Origin: Clostridia bacterium
GTDB taxonomy: Bacteria; Bacillota; Clostridia; Christensenellales; JBMNLC01
Direction of reading: 5' to 3'
Assembly (NCBI GenBank): GCA_050952525.1
Contig: JBMNLC010000004.1
Location: 102,437 to 166,436, forward strand
Length of the DNA stretch: 64,000 nt
Part shown: one piece after another, positions 39,725 to 53,282 of the stretch
Position numbering within the stretch: the stretch's first letter is position 1
How the letters are laid out: each line of letters begins with the position of its first letter
Notes under the pieces: model-generated
What the model was told of the DNA's origin: nothing
The model's input: the letters and a program-made list of their open reading frames with translations, nothing else
The model's database searches: none
Made by a program: the position numbers and the translations under genes

Positions 39725-41251
39725 ATGAAGCGCCCCAATATCGTTTTTGTATTCGCAGATCAGATGAGGGCAAGTGCCCTGGGCTGCTTAGGCATAGAAC
39801 ATGTCAAAACTTCAAATTTAGACAGGCTGGCCAAGGAAGGAACCCTTTTTACACGAGCCGTATCCAACTATCCGGTCTGCTGTCCTGCGCGGGCTACCTT
39901 ACTGACGGGATTACACAGTCAGAACCATGGCCTTGTAACCAATGATCAGCAGCTTCGAACGGACTTGCCGACCATTGCTCATTATCTAAATAAGGCCGGT
40001 TACAGATGTGGATACATTGGAAAGTGGCATGTTGATTGTGTCGACCGGGGAGCCTATATACCTCTCGGTTCAAGGAGAAGGGGATTTGACGACCTTTGGG
40101 CTGTGAATAACTGCAACCATGCATATATGAATAGCTATTATTATTTGAATGACTGTGAGGAACCAATCTGGATTGAAGGATATGAACCCGAGGCGCAAAC
40201 GGATATCGCTGTAGATTATATTGAAAAGAAAACACAAAAAAATGATCCTTTTTCTCTTTTTCTTTCCTGGGGGCCTCCCCATTGTCCATATAAAATGGTT
40301 CCGCAGGAATACCTGGATATGTATCCTCCGGAGGAAATTGAATTAAAGCCGAACGCTGTAGATACGGCAGACAAAAGCATTATTGCGGGATATTATGCCC
40401 ATATTACAGCCTTGGATGATTGCATGGGCAGGATACTGGAGACAATCGATCGATGCGGTATAAGGGAGAATACAATAGTGATCTGTACATCAGACCATGG
40501 TGACATGCTTTTTTCCCATAACCGTGGCTGGAAGATGAAGCCATGGGCTGAATCGGTTCATATCCCTTTTGTCGTCCGTTGGCCCCATAAAATCCCTGCA
40601 GGCAGATACTGCACCAGCCCTATAGGGCTGGTCGATGTGATGCCTACTTTATTGGGATTGGTTGGATTGGAAGTGCCTGATCATGTGGATGGGAGTGATT
40701 TGTCACAGCTATTTATGGGCAAAACCTCAAAGGGGCCCAGATCCCAATTTATCTACAATATCATCGGTTATAAGGGCTGGTCTGACGGCTACAATGAATG
40801 GAGAGGAGTTGTTACGGGAACCCATACGTATGTTCGATTGCGAGACAGGGCTTGGCTCCTGTTTCACGATGAGAAGGATCCATATCAGTTGAATAATCTC
40901 GTTGATGACCATCACTATACAGGACTAAAAGAAGAAATGGAGGCAGAATTGCAAAAGCATCTTGATGCGGTCAATGATCCTTTCCCTTCATCCGATGAGG
41001 CTGTTGAAAAATATGTGGTAGGGAAAGTGATTGTTTCGGACGATAAAGAAGAGCTGATATCCTCCATCGTACGTGAATATAGGACTGTTCATCATTCTGA
41101 TCCGGATGTGGATGAGCTAAGCGCCTTTCTGCCCTTCCGACCCGATGAAAGACGCTTTGTAAGATTCTTTGAAAATCAGAAGATTGTCAATGGTAAGAAG
41201 GGTGTAGGAAGAAAGCTGTTTCATAGGGATTTTTTTAACAAGACGCTATAA
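39725..41251 (+). CDS. Cys-type sulfatase
   Basis: ORF 39554..41251; start taken as MKRPNIVFVFADQMR. Formylglycine motif C-C-P-A-R (VCCPARATLLTG), GKWH, TSDHGD. Confidence 0.85.
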   Translation: MKRPNIVFVFADQMRASALGCLGIEHVKTSNLDRLAKEGTLFTRAVSNYPVCCPARATLLTGLHSQNHGLVTNDQQLRTDLPTIAHYLNKAGYRCGYIGKWHVDCVDRGAYIPLGSRRRGFDDLWAVNNCNHAYMNSYYYLNDCEEPIWIEGYEPEAQTDIAVDYIEKKTQKNDPFSLFLSWGPPHCPYKMVPQEYLDMYPPEEIELKPNAVDTADKSIIAGYYAHITALDDCMGRILETIDRCGIRENTIVICTSDHGDMLFSHNRGWKMKPWAESVHIPFVVRWPHKIPAGRYCTSPIGLVDVMPTLLGLVGLEVPDHVDGSDLSQLFMGKTSKGPRSQFIYNIIGYKGWSDGYNEWRGVVTGTHTYVRLRDRAWLLFHDEKDPYQLNNLVDDHHYTGLKEEMEAELQKHLDAVNDPFPSSDEAVEKYVVGKVIVSDDKEELISSIVREYRTVHHSDPDVDELSAFLPFRPDERRFVRFFENQKIVNGKKGVGRKLFHRDFFNKTL

Positions 41252-41499
41252 ATTCTGGCAATTACGGATTAGAACAATTGCAGGGTTACCCACAGAGAAT
41301 ATCCCGGAATCCGGTTTTCCGCTTCAATCCTATCTGTCAAAATCAAATTATAGTATATGAAGGCTTTTTGCCGATCTATGTAGTAAAATAAAACTGTGTC
41401 AGAAAAAGATATGAACATGCTGATAAGGGGGCAGTACCATATGATATCTGCCACGGCAAGCATATTGCCCCTGTCAGCTTGGTGGAAGGAGAGGATCAG

Positions 41500-42887
41500 A
41501 TGAAGCTCAAACAGAATCCCAATATCCTGTTTTTATTTTCGGACCAGCACCGATGGTGTGATCTGGGCTGCTATGGCAATGATCAGATTATCTCACCCAA
41601 TCTGGATGCCTTTGCCCAAAAGGCGATCCGGTTTAACAATTGTATTTCCAATTCACCTGTTTGTGTTCCTGCCCGGGGATCCTTGCTGACGGGGCTTTTC
41701 CCTTTAAGACATGGCGCCGTGTCCAATGACCTTCCTATGAGAAAGGATGTGGAAAGTATTTCCCATGTCCTGGCCCGAGAGGGCTATCACACTGGCTATA
41801 TAGGAAAATGGCACCTGGCGGGTATTCCAAGGGATCAGTATATTCCAGAAGGAAAGGGACGATTTGGTTTCAAGGAATGGAAGGTTGCAAACTGCAACCA
41901 CGATTATATGAATGCCTATTATTATGATGAGGAAAACAACCGCGGATAGATATTGACGGATATGAACCCATTGAACAAACCAATCTGGCTGTCGATTACA
42001 TTCATCGCAATAGCGGTAGGAACCCTTGGTTTTTGGTATTGTCCTGGGGTCCTCCCCATGACCCTTATCATCAAGTGCCTCAAAAGTATCTGGATATGTA
42101 CAGGGATATCGATATGAAACTCCGTCCCAATGTACCGGAGCTGATTCGTACCGGATCCAGCCGAACCATGAAACGGGAAGATATCGTACGGAACTACCGG
42201 GGATATTATGCCCATATCACTGCCCTGGATGAACAATTCGGCAGGCTTATGGCTGTCCTGGTGGAGACAGGCGAGATAGACAACACCATTGTTGTATATA
42301 CCAGTGATCATGGTGATATGCTGGGCAGCCAGGGAACAACCAATAAACAGTGGGCGTATGAGGAATCCATTAAGGTTCCTCTCATCGTGTACTGGAAGGG
42401 GAAGACCATCCAGACATCCAGTGATGAGTTGATCGGTCTTGTGGATCTGCCCGTCAGTTTGCTGGACTTGCTAGGACTCCGTTTTTCCGGAAACGTGGAT
42501 GGAAAAGACCTTCATGAGCTTTTCATAAATCCGGATGCAAAGGGCTTGGAAGAATGCTATATTTTTGATCATATTCCATGTCATCAGGCTTTTTTCAGAG
42601 GAAGCAGTGAATGGAGAGGAATCAGGACGAGACGTTATACATATGCCCGTACTGCAGCGGATGATGGCTATATGCTGTACGATAATTTAGAGGACCCTTA
42701 TCAGATGGTCAATCGAATCAATGACCCGGACTATGAGCAAATAAAGAAAGATCTGAAGGAAAAGCTGAACGAGTATATTCAAAAGCACGACAAGCTTCTT
42801 CCGTGGCAGGATTTTATCAAGGAATTCGGCTTGAAGGATGAATGGAATCGAAGCCAGACTTATTTCAAACTTCCCCTGTTGGAGTGA
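41500..42887 (+). pseudogene. Cys-type sulfatase paralog, one frameshift
   Basis: MKLKQNPNILFLFSDQHR, C-V-P-A-R motif, GKWH in frame 1 (to 41949). SWGPPHDPY...TSDHGD continues in frame 3. The junction is at AACCGCGGATA (41938-41948), where an extra CG dinucleotide (or a 1-nt loss) breaks ...EENNRIDIDGYEP... Confidence 0.8.
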
Positions 42888-42929
42888 CTTGACGTTTTAA
42901 GGGGAATGTCCATCAGGTTAAAGGATTGC

Positions 42930-42969
42930 AGAGCTGTAGGATGAATCCACAGCTCTTTCTTTTTCTTTT
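42930..42969 (+). terminator. Rho-independent terminator
   Basis: AGAGCTGT / ACAGCTCT stem followed by TTCTTTTTCTTTT. Confidence 0.8.
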
Positions 42970-43360
42970 CATCATGGCCAATAGAAAACCCTGGTAATGT
43001 GATATAATGAAGTTGATATATAGCATGTTTCCGGCAGATTGCCGGAAGAGACGGAAAAGATGGGGGATATGGATGGGAATGTATGTGGATTGGCTGGTAC
43101 GAGAACAGAGCAAATGCCCCATCCCATATGAAATTGCCATGTCACCGGGTGGCCAGGCAAGAAAGGCATCTTTGCACCCCATTATGTTTTCGGCGGCAGG
43201 GAGATACAAAGAGCATTATTGGAAAAGGAAGGGATCCCTTTTTTGGAGGACGAATCCATTAATATGGAGGCACACCAATGGCATTCGGATGGATTTCCCG
43301 CTACTGGGGAACCTTAAAAACAGATCAAACAATAGTGCCGGTATGTAAGGATGTGAATGT

Positions 43361-43960
43361 GTGAATTTTATCGTGTACGATACTGAGTTCAGTCAACCCC
43401 AACCTAAATTATACAATGCCAATTCCAGGTTTCGCCCAAACCCAATCAGCCCCTTTGAAATCATTGAGATTGGTGCAGTAAAGGTAGATGAAAATCTGGA
43501 AATAAAGGATAGCTTTCAACGTTTGGTGAGACCGGTTATCTACAAACGGCTGAGTCCGATTGTTGTACGTAAAACGGGGATCACTAAAAGGAAATTGCTG
43601 ACGAAGGGTGAGAATTTTCCAAAGGTTATTCAGGATTTTAAAAAATGGGCGGGAAAGGATTTTATCCTGTGCACCTGGAGCAGCAATGACGTGATGATTC
43701 TGAAAAAGAATTGCAGATTTCATCGTCTGGAATGCGATTGGTTACACCGGTACTTTGATGTTCAGAAGCTTTGTTCCCGGTTTTTAGGATTGCCGGAGCA
43801 CCAGGCTATTGGCTTAAAGAGGGCATTGAATACACTCCAGATTGATGTGGAGGGAAAGCTTCATAGGGCCTTGGAGGATGCATTTCATACTGCAAAGATA
43901 TTGGCGGAGATATTGGGACAGGAAGAATTCCCTACGGGGGAAAGACTTAACAGCCTTTAG
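43361..43960 (+). CDS. DEDDh 3'-5' exonuclease (KapD/ERI-1-like)
   Basis: VYDTEF (DxE), WSSNDV, HRALEDA (H-x4-D). GTG start. Confidence 0.75.
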   Translation: MNFIVYDTEFSQPQPKLYNANSRFRPNPISPFEIIEIGAVKVDENLEIKDSFQRLVRPVIYKRLSPIVVRKTGITKRKLLTKGENFPKVIQDFKKWAGKDFILCTWSSNDVMILKKNCRFHRLECDWLHRYFDVQKLCSRFLGLPEHQAIGLKRALNTLQIDVEGKLHRALEDAFHTAKILAEILGQEEFPTGERLNSL

Positions 43961-44035
43961 AAAAAGCCGGGCAGTTGTATGGTGCCTTGAAAGTGCCAAA
44001 AAAGCAAAGCCATCATTACGGGGAGATGAGTAAGA

Positions 44036-45364
44036 ATGCGGATGTATGATATCATTATGAAGAAGAGAAACGGTTGTTCTCTGTCACGGGAAGATATCGA
44101 ATATTTTGTGAAAGGATATGTTTCCGGCACTACCCCTGATTACCAGGCTTCTGCACTGCTGATGGCCATCTTTTTTCAAGGGATGACCAGGGAAGAAACG
44201 GCAGACCTGACCATGGCAATGGTACATTCAGGTGATGTGGTGGACCTTTCTTCCATTCACTGTACAAAGGTGGATAAACACAGCACCGGAGGGGTAGGAG
44301 ACACAACAACCCTTGTGTTGGCACCCCTTGTGGCGGCCTGTGGCGTACCCGTTGCAAAGATGTCCGGCAGAGGTTTGGGGCATACCGGCGGTACTCTGGA
44401 CAAACTGGAGTCCATACCCGGCTTTTGCGTGCATCAAACCATCCCAGATTTTATCGACATCGTGAATCGGGTAGGGCTAGCCATTATTGGACAGACAGGG
44501 GATTTGGTGCCGGCGGATAAAATGCTATATGCTTTAAGGGACGTAACAGCTACCGTGGATCATATTTCTCTGATTGCCAGCAGCATTATGAGCAAGAAAA
44601 TCGCTGCCGGGACCGATGCCATTGTGCTGGATGTGAAGGCCGGGAACGGGGCTTTTATGCAGTCCATTGAGGATGCATTTGCCTTGGCCGAGGAGATGGT
44701 CCATATAGGGAAGCAAGTAGGACGAAAAACCACCGCCTTGGTAACCGATATGAATCAGCCCCTGGGAATGGCAGTTGGAAATGCCCTTGAAGTAAAGGAA
44801 GCGATTGAGGTATTGAAAGGAATCCACAGAGGACCACTCATGGAGGTTTGCTTGTTGCTGGGGGCTTATATGCTCTATACGGCAGGTCGTTGCCGGGATG
44901 TGGAGGAAGCAAGGAGCATGCTGGCGGATGCATGGAGCAGGGGGGAGGGCTTGGAGAAGTTCAAAGAAATGGTTCGGGCCCAGGGAGGAGAGGCAAGCAT
45001 TGTGGATGATCCTGAGGGGCTTCCCAAAGCAAGGACTGTTCTACCGGTGAAAGCAGACAGAGAGGGCTATGTGACCTCCATCCAAGCTCAGTCCATTGGC
45101 ATAAGTGCCCTTCTGCTCGGAGCTGGTCGGTCTACCAAGGAAGATAGGATTGACCCTGCGGTAGGAATCATTATGAAAAAGCGAAGAGGCGATAGGGTAC
45201 AAGAGGGGGAAGTGATAGCTGAATTCCATGTGAATAGGGAAGATAAGCTGGAGGAAGCGGTGGCATTGTTCAATGAAGCTATTACCATAGGGAATACCAT
45301 GCCGGAGCATAGGCCTTTGGTCTATGGAGTGATTACAGACCGTGGAATTGAAAAATGGTACTGA
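44036..45364 (+). CDS. pdp: Pyrimidine-nucleoside (thymidine) phosphorylase
   Basis: MRMYDIIMKKRNG, DKHSTGGVGD, SGRGLGHTGGTLDKLESIPG. Confidence 0.9.
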   Translation: MRMYDIIMKKRNGCSLSREDIEYFVKGYVSGTTPDYQASALLMAIFFQGMTREETADLTMAMVHSGDVVDLSSIHCTKVDKHSTGGVGDTTTLVLAPLVAACGVPVAKMSGRGLGHTGGTLDKLESIPGFCVHQTIPDFIDIVNRVGLAIIGQTGDLVPADKMLYALRDVTATVDHISLIASSIMSKKIAAGTDAIVLDVKAGNGAFMQSIEDAFALAEEMVHIGKQVGRKTTALVTDMNQPLGMAVGNALEVKEAIEVLKGIHRGPLMEVCLLLGAYMLYTAGRCRDVEEARSMLADAWSRGEGLEKFKEMVRAQGGEASIVDDPEGLPKARTVLPVKADREGYVTSIQAQSIGISALLLGAGRSTKEDRIDPAVGIIMKKRRGDRVQEGEVIAEFHVNREDKLEEAVALFNEAITIGNTMPEHRPLVYGVITDRGIEKWY

Positions 45365-45389
45365 TCAAGCTTTCTTCTGTTTGGAGTGA

Positions 45390-48653
<3,264 letters not shown>

Positions 48654-48700
48654 AGGATGCATGGGATAGCTAGGTTTTTCATAGGAATTCCTTTGGCAAC

Positions 48701-48739
48701 AAGAAGGATTGTACGCAAGCGGTACAATCCTTCTTTTAC
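48701..48739. terminator. Bidirectional terminator
   Basis: 14-bp stem AAGAAGGATTGTAC / GTACAATCCTTCTT between convergent genes. Confidence 0.8.
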
Positions 48740-48762
48740 GGTGTTCCCGGTGAATCAGGCGG

Positions 48763-48957
48763 TCATCCCAAGGTTTCATTCTCTTCCCTGACCATCTTAT
48801 CCAAGAGGTAAAGCCGGTTGTTTTCTTCATCATGAGCAGTCAAAATGGCTACCGATCCGTTGGAGATGCTCATGAGCTTGACAACCTTACCGTTAAGCTC
48901 ATTCCATATGTCTGCTTTGCTCATGAGCACACTGTCCGTCATCCTGTTTAACTCCAT
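48763..48957 (-). CDS. Small hypothetical protein (64 aa)
   Basis: AAGGAGG RBS 7 nt before the ATG at 48957 (MELNRMTDSVL...). No family recognised. Confidence 0.5.
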   Translation of the reverse strand: MELNRMTDSVLMSKADIWNELNGKVVKLMSISNGSVAILTAHDEENNRLYLLDKMVREENETLG

Positions 48958-49201
48958 ATAAATACCTCCTTGCTTTTTTTTACATTGCCCGTTACAGGCC
49001 TGTATTATGCATGATATACAGGCCAAGTTACAAACACAATGGATAGAAGAGTGAAAAAATTCCGGGATGAAAAGCTATTTTGACAGGGAAGGAAAGCAGT
49101 GATGTATATCGAATATAGTAAATGTATAGTAAATGTCGGAGTTCTGTCTCGATGGAGAAGGATATGAATGGGCAGAAAAGAAGGCAGAGGAGGGAAAATC
49201 A

Positions 49202-50104
49202 ATGTGGAAAGGCGTTTTTACCCCTGTCATAACGGTTTTTGACAAGGAAGGCAACTTGGATCTGGAAGGGAATGAGAAAATCCTGAACCGCTTGGTAGAC
49301 AGCAAGGTGAACGGAATACTGGTGCAAGGGAGCATTGGCGAATTCTTTACTCTGACCATGGAGGAAAAAAAGCGCTTTGCCAGCTTCGCGATTCGCACCA
49401 TCAATCACAGGATCCCTGTCTTTATCGGCACAGGGGGAACCTGTGTTGACGAAGTGATCGAACTGACCCGGCATGCGGAGAGAGAAGGAGCTGATGCAGC
49501 TGTTGTGATTGCCCCCTATTATTTTAAACTGGATGAAGAGAGCATGTACCGGTATTATGGGGAAGTCGCCGCCAGTGTGGATATGCCAATTATACTGTAT
49601 AACTTCCCGGACAGGACAGCTGTCAATATGGAGCCTGCATTCATCCTTCGGCTGGCCAAGGATTTTCCCAATATAGTGGGGATTAAGGATACAGTGGATA
49701 GCATCAACCATACACGTAAAATCATACAGATTGTAAAATCGGAGCTTAAGGATTTCAGAGTATATTCAGGATTTGATGAATACCTTCTTCCCAACCTCAT
49801 GGCAGCTGGTGATGGGGTGATTGGCGGTTTATCCAACATTGCTCCTGAAATTTTTGTTGAGTATTGTGAAGGATTCCGGAAGAAGAATTTTGAGCAAATG
49901 GCTGGCTTGCAGAAGAAAGTGAACATTTTGATGAATCTTTACGATCAATCGCAACCCTTTATCCCAGCCGTAAAGGAAGCCGTGAATTTGGTGGTTCCGG
50001 GAGGAATTTCATCTGTTTCCAGGAAGCCGGCCGGCGGTCTGAGTAAAGAACAAATAGAAAGGATAAGGAACATTCTAATGCAGGCGGGCTTATTGAATGG
50101 TTGA
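49202..50104 (+). CDS. DapA/N-acetylneuraminate-lyase family class I aldolase
   Basis: ORF 49133..50104; GAGGAGGG RBS then ATG at 49202. GILVQGSIGEF, PVFIGTGG, YNFP, GIKDT (Schiff-base Lys context). Confidence 0.8.
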   Translation: MWKGVFTPVITVFDKEGNLDLEGNEKILNRLVDSKVNGILVQGSIGEFFTLTMEEKKRFASFAIRTINHRIPVFIGTGGTCVDEVIELTRHAEREGADAAVVIAPYYFKLDEESMYRYYGEVAASVDMPIILYNFPDRTAVNMEPAFILRLAKDFPNIVGIKDTVDSINHTRKIIQIVKSELKDFRVYSGFDEYLLPNLMAAGDGVIGGLSNIAPEIFVEYCEGFRKKNFEQMAGLQKKVNILMNLYDQSQPFIPAVKEAVNLVVPGGISSVSRKPAGGLSKEQIERIRNILMQAGLLNG

Positions 50105-50349
50105 TATTGATAAAAGACGCTGCATCTTTTTGAACGTATTGGAAAGCGGCTCCAGGGAATGAAAAAGTTACATTGGTAGATACTCCCTTATTTTCTTACT
50201 AATTACTAAAAGATTTATTATAATGAGGATACAAAACATCTGATGATCTTTCCTGTTTGAGCTTTAGATCGATAAAAGACAGGATAGATGTCAGTTTTTT
50301 TTAGCCTAAAATGATGTTTTGGACATTGATGATCTATGGGGGAGTCTCA

Positions 50350-51577
50350 ATGACAAGTATTGATATTTTAAGTATGGAGAGCAGAAGGTGTTTTGATTTT
50401 TTTTGCAGGAAGTGAATCTTGACAAGAACAGCCCAGGCTATGGGCTGATACGTGACAGAGCTCCATCCAGTCCGGAAATTGCCAGCATAGCGTCCGTGGG
50501 TTTTGGTTTAACAGCCATTCCCATCGGTGTGGAGAGGGGATGGATCACCAGGAGACAAGGATATGAAAGGGCATTGAGTACTCTCAAAACTCTCTTATAT
50601 CAAACTGAACAGCTGAATGGTTTTTTCTATCATTTTATGGACATTCGTACCGGAAAAAGGGCAATGAAAAGCGAGCTATCCGTCATCGATACAGCTATTG
50701 CCATTTGTGGAGCCATCACAGCGGGAGAATATTTTGGTCAAGGGGTTAAAGAGTTGGCTGAAATACTGTACAGGCGTGTTCAGTGGGGCTGGTACAGGGA
50801 TCCCCGAAGAAATCAATTTTATATGGCTATACTCCAGAAGAAGGTTTTTCGGGATGGTGGGATTTTTATGCAGAACAATTGATCATGTATATTCTGGGAG
50901 CTGCCTCTCCTACTCATGCGGTAGGAGGAGATATGTTTTACAGCTTTGTAAGACAGTATAACTGCGATGGACATCATCTCTCTTTTATCTATTCATGGTA
51001 TGGCTCCCTCTTCACCCACCAGTTTTCCCATGCTTGGCTTGATATGAGAAATAAAGTCGATGGGGTGGGTGCGGATTGGTGGGAAAATTCCATAGCGGCT
51101 TCCAAATCCAATTACCTGTTCTGTGTGGAGCAAGGTGAAAAATACAAAAGCTTGGGGCCATTTTCCTGGGGACTGACGGCTTGCGACGGTCCATGGGGTT
51201 ACAATAGACGATATGGAGCGGCACCATCAGGTCTTTATGACAATGAACATGTGGTGGATGGGACTGTTCCTCCCTGCGGAGCCGCAGGTTCAATCGTCTT
51301 TGTCCCCCAGGAGTCCCTGTCAGCCCTTCAATATTATTATGAGCAATACCCTGAACTGTGGGGGAAATATAGTTTTGCGGACGCATTTAATATTGATGTT
51401 TCACCTAACTGGTTTAGTAGAGATGTCATCGGGATAAATAAGGGCATCACCCTCTTGATGGTTGAAAACTATCGGACAGGATTTGTATGGAGCTATTTTA
51501 TGAAAAATCGCTATGTACAGCGAGGATTGAAGAAGGTAGGAATAATAGAAACGATCAGGGAGCCGATCATTGCCTAG
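50350..51577 (+). pseudogene. Glucoamylase-like / GH144-type (beta-1,2-glucanase-like) protein, two frameshifts
   Basis: ATG at 50350 (MTSIDILSMESRRCFDFF) runs into a T8 tract (50397-50404) and continues in ORF 50403..50882. A second shift near 50815-50830 joins ORF 50783..51577. The family call rests on FYHFMD, WDFYAEQLIMYILG, SWGLTACDGP and GINKGITLLMVEN. Confidence 0.65.
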
Positions 51578-51616
51578 GAAGAGGAAAGGCCACGGACGGT
51601 ATTTGGGCTTGATGTT

Positions 51617-51656
51617 AAAAAGGGATATATGCTTTATCAGCATATATCCCTTTTTT
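51617..51656. terminator. Bidirectional terminator
   Basis: A5-GGGATATATGC / GCATATATCCC-T6 hairpin between convergent genes. Confidence 0.85.
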
Positions 51657-51698
51657 CATTCCCATACCCACAGGAGTGGGAATGATTCAACCGAACAA

Positions 51699-52970
51699 TT
51701 ATCTCTTAGAAAGCACTTCTACTTCATATTTTTTGACTTCATCCAGCCATTCTTCGCCTACGGGCACACCCTTCTTCATGCAGTAGTAATCCCATACAGC
51801 ACCGAAAGGATAGGTCTTGAATTCTTCCATCAGAGCCAATCTGGAAGTGAAATCCCAATCCAGCTCAGCTTTTTTCAAGATGGCGGTAGGTTCCAGCATG
51901 GCTATGAGCAGGGCTTTGATCATATTCCTGGTGCCAATGACCCATGCAGCAACTCTGTTGATGCTGGCATCAAAGAAATCAAGGCCGATATGGACTCTGT
52001 CGAGGAAGCCGTTTCTGACGATTTCCTGGGCAATACCCATTAATTCATCATTTAAGACTACAACATGGTCGCTGTCCCACCTGACAGCACGGCTGACATG
52101 AAGCAGTATTTCGTCAGTGAAGAGGAGAATGGATGAAATTTTATCTACAATTGTCTCAGTGGGATGGAAATGTCCAGCATCCAAGCAAATCAGCTTGTTG
52201 TTTTTCAATGCATATCCCATATAGAATTCATGAGATCCTACCACATAGCTTTCTGATCCGATACCGAAGAGCTTGCATTCGACGGCATCAAGGTTATATT
52301 CCGGTGAAATCTCTTCTGTAAAAACTTCATCCAATGCTGCTTTTAATCTTTCACGGGGCAGATAACGATCTGCAGGAATGTCTTTTAAGCCATCGGGGAT
52401 CCATACGTTTGTCACGCAGGGAGTGCCCAGTTCCTTTCCGAAGTACTCACCGATTTTGCGGGATGCCTTGCAGTGGCGAATCCAGAAATCCCGTACTTCC
52501 TTGTCCGGGTGACTTAAGGTCATCCCGTCATCGCTCAAGGGATGGGAAAAATAGGTGGGGTTGAAATCCAAACCAATTCCCATGGCTTTGGCCCATTCCA
52601 CCCAATTCTTAAAATGCTCGGGTTTAAGCTGATCCCGTTCAACCTTTTCTCCACCGGTCTCAGCATAAATAGCATGGAGACTCACACGGTGCTTTCCGGG
52701 AATCATGGAGAGGGCTTTGCCTAGATCCTGCCGTAATTCCTCTGCGTTTCTGGCTTTTCCGGGATAGTTACCGGTAGCCTGGATTCCTCCTGTCAAATCG
52801 CCTTCCGGGTTTTCAAAGCCACCAACGTCATCTCCCTGCCAGCAGTGGATGGAGACGGCTACCTTCTCAAGTTGTTCCAGAACCTTGTCGGTATCAATAC
52901 CCCATTTCGCATATTTCTCTTTTGCCGCCAGATACGCGTCCTGGATGCGTTTTTCTTTGTTGCCGCTCAT
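51699..52970 (-). CDS. rhaA: L-rhamnose isomerase
   Basis: ORF 51699..52979; RBS AAAGGAG favours the ATG at 52970. [16 protein letters not shown] and overall RhaA length. Confidence 0.9.
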   Translation of the reverse strand: MSGNKEKRIQDAYLAAKEKYAKWGIDTDKVLEQLEKVAVSIHCWQGDDVGGFENPEGDLTGGIQATGNYPGKARNAEELRQDLGKALSMIPGKHRVSLHAIYAETGGEKVERDQLKPEHFKNWVEWAKAMGIGLDFNPTYFSHPLSDDGMTLSHPDKEVRDFWIRHCKASRKIGEYFGKELGTPCVTNVWIPDGLKDIPADRYLPRERLKAALDEVFTEEISPEYNLDAVECKLFGIGSESYVVGSHEFYMGYALKNNKLICLDAGHFHPTETIVDKISSILLFTDEILLHVSRAVRWDSDHVVVLNDELMGIAQEIVRNGFLDRVHIGLDFFDASINRVAAWVIGTRNMIKALLIAMLEPTAILKKAELDWDFTSRLALMEEFKTYPFGAVWDYYCMKKGVPVGEEWLDEVKKYEVEVLSKR

Positions 52971-53282
52971 TTCATTCATCTCCTTTAAACAAGTTCGTAT
53001 TCCTATTTGTACAATCCTAATTATATCATATTTTCTGTGAAAAGCTATGTTCTATTACTAATGATTTGTTTTTTTTGTACATTCATCCATATATTCGCCA
53101 TTTGTGTAACGATCCGGAATAGCATGCCTTTAGGATCTTGACGGATATGAAAATGATGCCACCATCCGTAAAGATCATTGGAAAGAGTTTGATTTTAGAT
53201 GGTTATAATTGTATAATTACATGGAGAAGTAAATATTTGGGGATATTGAATCAGGGAGAAGCAAAGAGAAGGGGTTGTTTTT

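Noticed and set aside
41269-41463. 64-aa minus-strand ORF between the two sulfatase genes.
   Set aside because: It has no RBS and an AT-rich hydrophobic composition. It overlaps the probable promoter/RBS region of the second sulfatase.
43007-43348. 113-aa plus-strand ORF and 98-aa minus-strand ORF (42913..43209) in the gap before the exonuclease gene.
   Set aside because: They have no RBS and a Trp/Arg/Cys-rich improbable composition. They are mutually overlapping on opposite strands and span the sulfatase terminator. I treat the region as a non-coding leader instead.
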